Virus record (IMG/VR): IMGVR_UViG_2541047798_000005
Length of the DNA stretch: 53,426 bases
Source of the DNA: a virus
Lineage: Duplodnaviria; Heunggongvirae; Uroviricota; Caudoviricetes
Direction: 5' to 3' (one strand)
Under the pieces are notes generated by a model. It saw only the letters and a program-made list of their open reading frames with translations, made no database searches and was not told the DNA's origin. Of this stretch, positions 45,900 to 53,426 are shown in pieces. Within the stretch, counting starts at the first letter, position 1. The number at the start of each line of letters is the position of its first letter. The position numbers and the translations under genes are program-made.

Positions 45900-48800
45900 A
45901 TGAGTAGCGGCGGCGGCAAAGCCAAAACACCAACATTATTGAACGATAACCTGTATCACAAACAGTTTTATCGTGTTTTAGATATTCTCAGCGAAGGGCC
46001 GATATACGGTCCGGTAAACCAGAAGGCGCCATTGAATGACGTGATGCTTAATGACACTCCTGTTACTGACGCAAACGGGAATACATCAATTCCGGGGATT
46101 AGTATAGCCTGGCGCAACGGCACGGCTGACCAATCGCCGATTAATGGTTTTAACGCCATTGAGTCAACCGTTATTGTCAACGCAAAGGTAACTCACGACA
46201 CACCAATAATCAGGACTGTTTCAGATCCAAACGTTACCCGCGTCAGGTTGAATCTTGGTGTTGATGCTCTCGTTCAGTCAGATGAAAAGGGCAATCAATA
46301 TAATACATCCGTCATGTTGATGGTTGATGTTAAACCGTCATCATCTTCTACGTGGTCGCTGATTAAAGACATACACATTGGCCCTGGTAAACAAAGCGGT
46401 GAATACCTGGAAGCTCACATCATTAAAGCGCCGGATGAAAAACCGTTTGATATTCGCGTTCGTCGCATAACACCAGACAGCAACGGCGATCTATTGCGGA
46501 ATGATACGCGGTGGAGTAGTTACAGCGAAATAATAGATGATAATCTGTCTTATCCTCATACCGCTGTAGCTGGCGCCGTAATTGACCATGATCAGTATAC
46601 TGATACGCCTACCCGCACCTATCACCTTCGCGGCCTGATTGTTGATGTGCCTGACAACTACAACCCTGAAACGCGCACATATTCAGGTTTATGGCTTGGT
46701 GGATTTAAAAAGGCGTATACCAATAACCCTGCATGGCTTTTCCGGTATCTGGTTAAAAACGAGCGCTTTGGACTTGCTCGACATGCTGGTTACATTGATG
46801 TTGATGATGGCGCTTTGTACGTGCTTTCTCAATACTGCGATCAGTTGGTTGATGATGGCTATGGTGGCCTTGAACCTCGCATGACGCTTAACGCTTACAT
46901 TACGGAGCAAATGAGCGCCCGCGACCTACTGGATAACATCGCAGGTATGTTCCGTGGTATCGCGTTATGGGACGGACAACGTCTTACCGTGATGATTGAT
47001 GCGCCACAAGATCCAATCGCCACCATCACAAATGCAAACGTCGTTGATGGCGCGTTTACTCGTTCAAGTATCGCACGCGCAGAATGCTACAACGCCGTGA
47101 TCGTATCCTGGACTGACCCTGAAAACGGCTGGGAGCAATCAAAAGAATATGTCGCAGATGATAAACTAATCGCCCGTGATGGTTATAACGAAACCACGTT
47201 GGAGGCGTTCGGTTGCACTTCACGCGGGCAAGCGCACCGCGCTGGTAAATGGCTGATCGAAACAGCGAAACGCGAGCCGTCAAAATTCACATTTAAAATG
47301 GCCCGTGACGCCATTCACTTTACGCCGGGGGATATAATCGAGATCCTCGATAATAATCGCGCAGGCGCTCGTTTAGGCGGTCGCATCGTGGCGAACAATG
47401 GCAGAGCGATCACGGTCGACAAGGTTGATTCTGAATATATCGCGGCTGGCGACACCATCAGCTTACTTGATAGCGATGGTAAATTTAAAAAACACCAGAT
47501 CATCGGAGTTAACGGGAACATTATCACCCTTGCAGCCGCCCCGGCGTGGATTCGTAACGGCACTGTTTTTGCTGTATCAACCAACGCAGCAAAACCCGTT
47601 TTATGTCGAATCACCAGTGTAGCAGAAACAGAAAATAACAGCGTATACACCATCGAGGCCGCACAGCATGATCCACATAAGCAGGCCGTAGTCGATAATG
47701 GCGCAATCTTCGAGATCAATAACGACACGCTTAATCACTTCCGCGTGCCGAACATTGAAAATCTGAAGGTGTTAAACGTTGGATCTGAAACGGTTCAATG
47801 TCGCGCAACATGGGAAACACAGACGACAACGCGTCGCCTGACCTTTGAGATTCGCGTGTATAACGCCGAAGGCGCTGTAGTTAAAAGCTACGAAACCACG
47901 AATTACAGTTATGATTTTTATGGCATTGATGCTGGCAACTACTCATTAGGCATTCGTGGCAGAAATGACACGGGCATGAAGGGTGCGGAAAGCATTGTCG
48001 ATCTGGTTATTGGCGCACCAGCGGCCCCAGTTGGCGTTAATTGGGTTCCCGGTGTATTCCAGGCTACAGTTTACCCGATCAGCAGAACAACGCTCACCAC
48101 TGATACCAGTTACGAGTTTTATTACTCAGGTGAAACGCAGATCACTGATCCGGCATCAATAACCACTAAAGCACAATATACCGGGCGTGGTCATCAGTGG
48201 ACGTTTGGCGGCATGAATACAGGTCACACATATTACGTTTATGTGCGCGCGCGTAACGCTTTTGGTGTGTCTGACTTTGTGGAAGCGTCAGGTAAGCCAA
48301 CAGAAAACTTTGATGAAATTACCGATTACGTCACCAAAGACGTAATGAATTCCAAACAATTTAAAGAAATGGTTGGTGACATTAAAGATCTAGGCGACCG
48401 CACTGATCTTATCGAAAGCGCTACGAATGACCTTAAAACTGCTACTGACAACCTCAAAACTGCAACTGATAATCTGACCAACATAACTGACGATTTAAGG
48501 ACTGAAACTGACAACCTAACCATAGAAACAGGATCAATAAAAGCTGATACTGATACGCTCAAAAAAGAAACGGAAGATCTTTATAAAAAAGTTAAGGAAA
48601 ACGCCGATGATATTGGACAGCATGAGTCGAGAATCGACTCGCTGGAGGTGTCTAGCGAAAAAGTTGGCAGCGAACTGGCGCAAGCAAAAGCAAGTCTGCA
48701 AAACGCCTCACTTGCTCTTATTAATAACTCGCTTGCACAGACTAACACTCGCGTAACTCTTACCGCTCAGTACAAGAAAGGCAGGACAGAGACGAAAGCG

Positions 48801-50870
48801 GAAATTGACCGCATTGACAACGTTATCGCTGAAGAGAAAAAAGCGACAGCGGAATCACTGGAAACCATCACGGCAGAAATGAATGTGATGGACACAAACC
48901 TTAAAGGTCAGATCTCTAATGTGCAACGCGCAGTAGCTGACGAGGCCAGCGCCCGCGCTGAAGCTATTAACGGTGTAAATGCCTCAATAAGCAATCTTGA
49001 CAAGAAAACTGACGCCAGCGTAAACCGTCTTGATCAGGCAATTGCAGACGAAACAAGTGCGCGTACTCAGGCTATCAGCGACGTGAACGCAAGTATCTCA
49101 ACACTTGACAAGAAAACTGACGCCAGCGTTAAGCGCCTCGATAATGCAATATCAGATGAAACGCAGGCAAGAAGCGACGCAATAACAGTGGTTAAAGCTG
49201 ATTTAACAACGCTTGAAAATAACACAAATGCCAGTGTTAGCCGTCTTGATCAAGCTATCGCTGATGAATCAAGCGCACGTGCTCAGGCGATATCAGGTAT
49301 CAGCGCGACGCTTGGCGGCGTTAAAAGTGAGGTTGATAAAAACAGCGACGAGATAGATCAGGCGAAAGCAAGTCTGCAAAACGCATCTCTGGCGCTTATT
49401 AATAACTCAATGGCGCAAAGCAAGATGAGCACTGTTATTGAGGCGAAATACAGGAAAGGACAAACAAAAACAAAAGCGGAAATAGCAAGGGTAGACACAG
49501 CAATCGCAGATGAGGCGAGCGCACGCGCAGAAGCTATTAGCAACGTTAACGCCAGCGTCAGTAGTCTTGAAAGCAAAACCGACGCGAGCGTTTCCCGTCT
49601 TGATAAAGCAATCGCAGATGAGGCGAGCGCACGCGCAGAAGCTATTAGCGGGGTTAATGCGTCAATTTCCACGCTCGATAGCAAGGTGACAAGCAACGTA
49701 ACCAGGATGGATAAAGCGATCGCAGATGAGAAGAATGCACGCACTGACGCAATCAGCAGCCTTAACTCATCGCTTACCAGTACGATTAATTCGAAAGTAT
49801 CCGAAGTGTCAACTGCACTTTCTACGCATGAAACATCAAGCGCGGAAAAATTTGGCCAGATCTCGGCATCTTTCGACGATGTAAACTCAAGCATCACGGA
49901 ATGGTCACAGGCTATGGCAACGGCAGACGAGGCATTGTCAACCAGAATCGACCAGTTGAAAGTAACTATTAACGGAAACACAACGGCGATAGAAACGACA
50001 TCAAAAGCACTGACTGACTTCAAAGGTAACGTTGATGCGTCATATTCAATTAAGATTGCCACTGATAAAAACGGTATGAAATACGCTACAGGAATGTCGC
50101 TCGGCCTTACTGGTAGCGGGACTAACGTTCAATCGCAGTGTATTTTCCTCGTTGACCGTTTCGTGCTTATGACTGCGGCAGGTGGCTCCTATCAGACCCC
50201 GTTCTATGTTACTAACGGTGCTTGCTACATCCGTGATGCGTGGATCAGAGACGCATCAATCACTACCGCGAAGATTGCGCAGCAAATTCAGTCAACCAAC
50301 TATAAAGCTGGTTCGGCTGGCTGGATGCTAAATAAAAACGGCAATGCGGAGTTCAACAACGTCACTGTACGCGGTACGGTGTACGCAACATCTGGTAAAT
50401 TCACTGGTGAGATTCAGGCCACAAGCGGGAAGTTTAAAGGTACAGTAGAGGCAAAGTCATTTGTCGGTGACGTTGCTAACATGGGGGTTGGTCCAGATCG
50501 AGTGCTTGGGCATAACGGAAGTTATAGCGCAACCATCACATATAAAGACAGCACGGATAATGCATTGACGAAATCAGTTATGCTTATGGCGACTATTTCA
50601 TTAATGTCTGGTGAATATAGATCCACTTATAACGTAACGTTTAGTTGCGGAGATAAAAACAAAACAATTTCATATTACGTGCCTTATGGTGGATGCACAT
50701 TAACAGTGCAATGCGCTTTTTCTGGTTTAAAAGCATCAGATATTATCGGGAAAATATATTGTCCTCAAACATCATCATCTGAAGGATACGCATATTGTAC
50801 CGCGTTGTATTCTCCAACAATGATAGTAGCAAGAGGCACCGGATCATTTAGAACATCAACGACAGCATAA
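45900..50870 (+). CDS. J: Host-specificity central tail fibre protein J with expanded coiled-coil repeat region and divergent C-terminus
   Basis: 1656 aa; N-terminal two-thirds collinear with lambda J as recalled; residues about 930-1300 are coiled-coil tandem repeats. Confidence 0.85.
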   Translation: MSSGGGKAKTPTLLNDNLYHKQFYRVLDILSEGPIYGPVNQKAPLNDVMLNDTPVTDANGNTSIPGISIAWRNGTADQSPINGFNAIESTVIVNAKVTHDTPIIRTVSDPNVTRVRLNLGVDALVQSDEKGNQYNTSVMLMVDVKPSSSSTWSLIKDIHIGPGKQSGEYLEAHIIKAPDEKPFDIRVRRITPDSNGDLLRNDTRWSSYSEIIDDNLSYPHTAVAGAVIDHDQYTDTPTRTYHLRGLIVDVPDNYNPETRTYSGLWLGGFKKAYTNNPAWLFRYLVKNERFGLARHAGYIDVDDGALYVLSQYCDQLVDDGYGGLEPRMTLNAYITEQMSARDLLDNIAGMFRGIALWDGQRLTVMIDAPQDPIATITNANVVDGAFTRSSIARAECYNAVIVSWTDPENGWEQSKEYVADDKLIARDGYNETTLEAFGCTSRGQAHRAGKWLIETAKREPSKFTFKMARDAIHFTPGDIIEILDNNRAGARLGGRIVANNGRAITVDKVDSEYIAAGDTISLLDSDGKFKKHQIIGVNGNIITLAAAPAWIRNGTVFAVSTNAAKPVLCRITSVAETENNSVYTIEAAQHDPHKQAVVDNGAIFEINNDTLNHFRVPNIENLKVLNVGSETVQCRATWETQTTTRRLTFEIRVYNAEGAVVKSYETTNYSYDFYGIDAGNYSLGIRGRNDTGMKGAESIVDLVIGAPAAPVGVNWVPGVFQATVYPISRTTLTTDTSYEFYYSGETQITDPASITTKAQYTGRGHQWTFGGMNTGHTYYVYVRARNAFGVSDFVEASGKPTENFDEITDYVTKDVMNSKQFKEMVGDIKDLGDRTDLIESATNDLKTATDNLKTATDNLTNITDDLRTETDNLTIETGSIKADTDTLKKETEDLYKKVKENADDIGQHESRIDSLEVSSEKVGSELAQAKASLQNASLALINNSLAQTNTRVTLTAQYKKGRTETKAEIDRIDNVIAEEKKATAESLETITAEMNVMDTNLKGQISNVQRAVADEASARAEAINGVNASISNLDKKTDASVNRLDQAIADETSARTQAISDVNASISTLDKKTDASVKRLDNAISDETQARSDAITVVKADLTTLENNTNASVSRLDQAIADESSARAQAISGISATLGGVKSEVDKNSDEIDQAKASLQNASLALINNSMAQSKMSTVIEAKYRKGQTKTKAEIARVDTAIADEASARAEAISNVNASVSSLESKTDASVSRLDKAIADEASARAEAISGVNASISTLDSKVTSNVTRMDKAIADEKNARTDAISSLNSSLTSTINSKVSEVSTALSTHETSSAEKFGQISASFDDVNSSITEWSQAMATADEALSTRIDQLKVTINGNTTAIETTSKALTDFKGNVDASYSIKIATDKNGMKYATGMSLGLTGSGTNVQSQCIFLVDRFVLMTAAGGSYQTPFYVTNGACYIRDAWIRDASITTAKIAQQIQSTNYKAGSAGWMLNKNGNAEFNNVTVRGTVYATSGKFTGEIQATSGKFKGTVEAKSFVGDVANMGVGPDRVLGHNGSYSATITYKDSTDNALTKSVMLMATISLMSGEYRSTYNVTFSCGDKNKTISYYVPYGGCTLTVQCAFSGLKASDIIGKIYCPQTSSSEGYAYCTALYSPTMIVARGTGSFRTSTTA
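48680..49740 (+). repeat. Nested tandem repeats within J (about 40-aa AIADE.SAR..AIS.VNAS coiled-coil units plus a larger duplication beginning DQAKASLQNASLALINNS)
   Basis: Repetition visible at both protein and DNA level; generates a spurious 234-aa antisense ORF. Confidence 0.7.
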
Positions 50871-50898
50871 AAAACGGGGCATAAGCCCCGTTTTTTTT
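50870..50898. terminator. Bidirectional rho-independent terminator between J and the convergent minus-strand gene
   Basis: ACGGGGC-ataa-GCCCCGT hairpin flanked by A-run and T-run. Confidence 0.8.
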
Positions 50899-50909
50899 AT
50901 GCATTGTTT

Positions 50910-51155
50910 TTATTTTTTACACCCATCATTTACACCAGAAAAATGGATAGGTAAATTACATTCACTGTCAATAATTTTACCTTGTAGTTGTTTTTCTTTC
51001 CATGAGTCAGTATTGAAATAACTCGAACGTTGGTTATCAAGGCCAGTATCACCATATTGAGCAGTGCCAGCATCACTCTTATCTGTCGAATTTACAGAAG
51101 CAAAAGCACCAAAAGACAGAGCTGATAAGATGCAAGCAACAATTAGTTTTTTCAT
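50910..51155 (-). CDS. Small secreted protein (moron)
   Basis: 81 aa from ATG at 51155; Sec signal peptide MKKLIVACILSALSFGAFA; two Cys near C-terminus. Confidence 0.5.
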   Translation of the reverse strand: MKKLIVACILSALSFGAFASVNSTDKSDAGTAQYGDTGLDNQRSSYFNTDSWKEKQLQGKIIDSECNLPIHFSGVNDGCKK

Positions 51156-51352
51156 TGTATTCACCTTACTGTTTGTTTTACTGTCATTTGTTGTTCGTGA
51201 TGATCCACCCATCCGATGAGCAAATCACCGCAGAAGCTATCATTTCGTATGTTGATATAGATCAAAAAATACATTATGTATAAGCCCAAAGTGTAACACA
51301 GATCACAAAATGGTAGAATTGTTTAGTTAATTAACAAAACGGAGTTATTGCG

Positions 51353-53149
51353 ATGATTTACACAACAGGCACTATAGCTGTTAGCGGAAACACAGTTACC
51401 GGGGCAGGGACTGAATTCAACGCCGCATTATCTCTGATCAGAGTGGGTTGCACTCTTATTGCCATTAGCGATCCGGTGCAGATTTTTTCAATCACAAAGG
51501 TAAAAAGCGCAACAAGTTTGTCGGTAACTCCTGCGGCAAGTCCGGCTATTCCGGCTGGAACTAAATTTAGCATCCTGCTTTCAGATTCGATCTCTGTGGA
51601 TGGTCTTGCTCAGGATGTTGCCGAAACACTGCGTTACTACCAGGGCAAAGAATCAGAAATAGCTGACGCTGTGGAGTTTTTCAGCGACAACAAAGATGTG
51701 ATTTCAGCATCAAAATTAGCATTAGCATCAGCTACCACTGCAACCAATGCGGCAACAACAGCGACAAGCGCCGCCGATTCAGCCAAGACATACAGAGACG
51801 AAGCCCACGAATACGCCAATCAGACCGCACAGCCTTACGCGTATGTTTTGCAACCGCTGCCGGACGTATGGATACCGTTTAACGATTCTCTCGATATGAT
51901 CACGGGCTACGGCCCTGGTACTAAAAAAGTAACCATTAATGGGGAAGAAAAAACAATATCATCAGATAAAGTTGTTTCTTTCTCACGCGCAAGCACTGCT
52001 ACTTACATTAACAAATCAGGTGTTTTAACTGTGGCTGGTATTAATGAGCCACGTTTTGAACGCGAAGGATTACTGATTGAGGGGACGCGCACAAACCTGT
52101 TAATAAACAGTACAGACCCTTCGAAGTGGAATAAGTCAACTTCACTGGACGTTACAGAAACAGGCACAGATAGTTTTGGGTTTAATTATGGCCGGTTTGT
52201 CGTACAGGATTCGATTGTTGGTACAAGTAAAGCGCATACCATTATCGGACTGTATTCGAGTGCCGGAGGGGTTGATACTTCAGGGGACGAAAAGCATGTA
52301 ACTATATCCTGTCGGGTAAAAAGTGAAGTTGATAATATCGCCGTTCGTATTTTATTTGAACATTATGATGGGGAGGTAAGGACATCAATAGGAGCAGCAA
52401 ACCTGAACCTTACCACCCGCATAATTAGCAAGACAGGTCAGACAAGCCGTGTTACAGCAAGGTCTGTTAAGGATGATGCAACTGGCTGGATATTTTTTGA
52501 GGCTACATTAAAAGCAGATACAACAGAAAATACGGTTGGTGGTTTCGTCCAGTATTCTCCGGATACAGGTCAGATGGTGGCATCAGGGGATTGTCTCGAT
52601 GTAACCACTCCACAGATTGAGGCTGGTGCAGGCGCATCATCTTTTATTGTTACGGGGTCGGCACCAGCAACGCGGGCAAGCGATATGGTGACAGTCCCAA
52701 TCAAGAATAACCTTTATAATCTTCCTTTTACGGTTCTTTGTGAGGTACATAAGAACTGGTATAAAACGCCAAATGCAGCGCCGCGTGTTTTTGATACCGG
52801 CGGTCATCAAACCGGAGCGATGATCGTAATGGGGTTTGGTTCATCAGGTGGGTACGACGGTTTTCCGTATTGTGATATAGGTGGTTCAAACCGACGAATA
52901 AATGAAAATGCCGGGCTGGAAAAAATGCTTATTGGTATGCGGGTAAAGTCCGAACGGTCCACATGTGTAGTCAGTAACGGTAAGTTAAGCAGCGAAACAA
53001 AAACAACCTGGACTTATATTCAAAGCTCCGCAACTATTCGTATCGGTGGTCAGACAACGACAGGACAACGTCATTTATTTGGTCATGTTAGAAATTTTCG
53101 AGTATGGCATAAGGCATTAACTGATGCGCAATTAAGCGAAATTGTTTAA
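51353..53149 (+). CDS. stf: Side tail fibre protein with C-terminal concanavalin/LamG-like domain (putative)
   Basis: 598 aa; N-terminal region with Ala/Thr/Ser-rich segment resembling lambda Stf; C-terminal pattern suggestive of a lectin-like fold. Confidence 0.65.
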   Translation: MIYTTGTIAVSGNTVTGAGTEFNAALSLIRVGCTLIAISDPVQIFSITKVKSATSLSVTPAASPAIPAGTKFSILLSDSISVDGLAQDVAETLRYYQGKESEIADAVEFFSDNKDVISASKLALASATTATNAATTATSAADSAKTYRDEAHEYANQTAQPYAYVLQPLPDVWIPFNDSLDMITGYGPGTKKVTINGEEKTISSDKVVSFSRASTATYINKSGVLTVAGINEPRFEREGLLIEGTRTNLLINSTDPSKWNKSTSLDVTETGTDSFGFNYGRFVVQDSIVGTSKAHTIIGLYSSAGGVDTSGDEKHVTISCRVKSEVDNIAVRILFEHYDGEVRTSIGAANLNLTTRIISKTGQTSRVTARSVKDDATGWIFFEATLKADTTENTVGGFVQYSPDTGQMVASGDCLDVTTPQIEAGAGASSFIVTGSAPATRASDMVTVPIKNNLYNLPFTVLCEVHKNWYKTPNAAPRVFDTGGHQTGAMIVMGFGSSGGYDGFPYCDIGGSNRRINENAGLEKMLIGMRVKSERSTCVVSNGKLSSETKTTWTYIQSSATIRIGGQTTTGQRHLFGHVRNFRVWHKALTDAQLSEIV

Positions 53150-53159
53150 GGTGGTTAAC

Positions 53160-53426
53160 ATGAAAGACGTTAGCTTGCAATTTACTGACAAACAGCAATA
53201 CAACGACATTGTGATTAATAGCGGCTGGCTGGATGCCAATTGGTCAACCGTGTTTATTGATGATATCGGTTTTGTCCTTGTATTCGACGATCCAGAAAGC
53301 GAGACACCTGTACTTATTGGGAAAAAAGGTTATTACGTCAACGTGCGTATAACTGGTGACGATGTTGATATTTCTCAGCTTGAGCCTTTCATCGTTCCAG
53401 ATCCAGGCGTCCGCGCATGGGCTTAA
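53160..53426 (+). CDS. Hypothetical protein downstream of the tail fibre gene (possible assembly factor)
   Basis: 88 aa from ATG at 53160 with AAGGTGG RBS; stop at window end. Confidence 0.4.
   Translation: MKDVSLQFTDKQQYNDIVINSGWLDANWSTVFIDDIGFVLVFDDPESETPVLIGKKGYYVNVRITGDDVDISQLEPFIVPDPGVRAWA

Larger units (their letters stand above)
1..53426. mobile_element. Lambdoid temperate prophage, near-complete (integrase through side tail fibre); att sites not in window
   Basis: Contiguous integration, immunity, antitermination, recombination, replication, lysis, packaging, head and lambda-like tail modules. Confidence 0.9.

Noticed and set aside
49358-50062. 234-aa minus-strand ORF inside J
   Set aside because: Antisense to the repeat-rich part of J; Ala/Ser low-complexity product generated by the repeats.
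1-53426. CRISPR arrays, rRNA or tRNA genes
   Set aside because: No spaced direct-repeat arrays and no convincing cloverleaf candidates in the larger intergenic gaps; a dedicated tRNA scan would be needed to be certain.
1-53426. Canonical named anti-phage defence systems (restriction-modification with a nuclease, Abi, CBASS, retron and similar)
   Set aside because: No reverse transcriptase, cyclase or restriction-endonuclease-like signatures, and no large ATPase other than the replicative helicase and terminase, were recognised; only orphan methyltransferases and small cassettes of unknown function.

Overview
The window is a near-complete lambdoid temperate prophage of an enterobacterial host, running from the integrase at the left edge to the side tail fibre at the right edge. 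Layout, left to right: int (+) and a convergent xis; a minus-strand 'cro-side' operon (Cro/CII-like HTH, replisome-organizer-type initiator, T5orf172/zinc-ribbon protein, HTH-metallophosphoesterase, DnaB-type helicase, NinB); an immunity region with a cI-like S24 repressor; then a long plus-strand operon with a pL-like promoter, a boxA/boxB nut-like site and an arginine-rich N-like protein, Erf and SSB, Dam and a C5-methyltransferase-like protein, NinG, RusA and a lambda-type Q, about 22 small cargo ORFs, a pR'/tR'-like element, pinholin/SAR-endolysin/Rz/Rz1, terminase, portal, head genes and a lambda-like tail (H-M-L-K-I-J-Stf). The tail operon is interrupted at four junctions by minus-strand moron cassettes. 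No canonical named defence system, CRISPR array, rRNA or tRNA was recognised. The most unusual signals are a recurrent intergenic motif (TTTACAAAATGG / CCATTTTGTA) at 12 or more sites, a tandem array of seven 22-31 aa hydrophobic peptide genes between the lysis and terminase genes, and the moron cassettes. All calls are from reading the sequence and ORF track; family assignments are by recalled motifs and similarity, not database searches.
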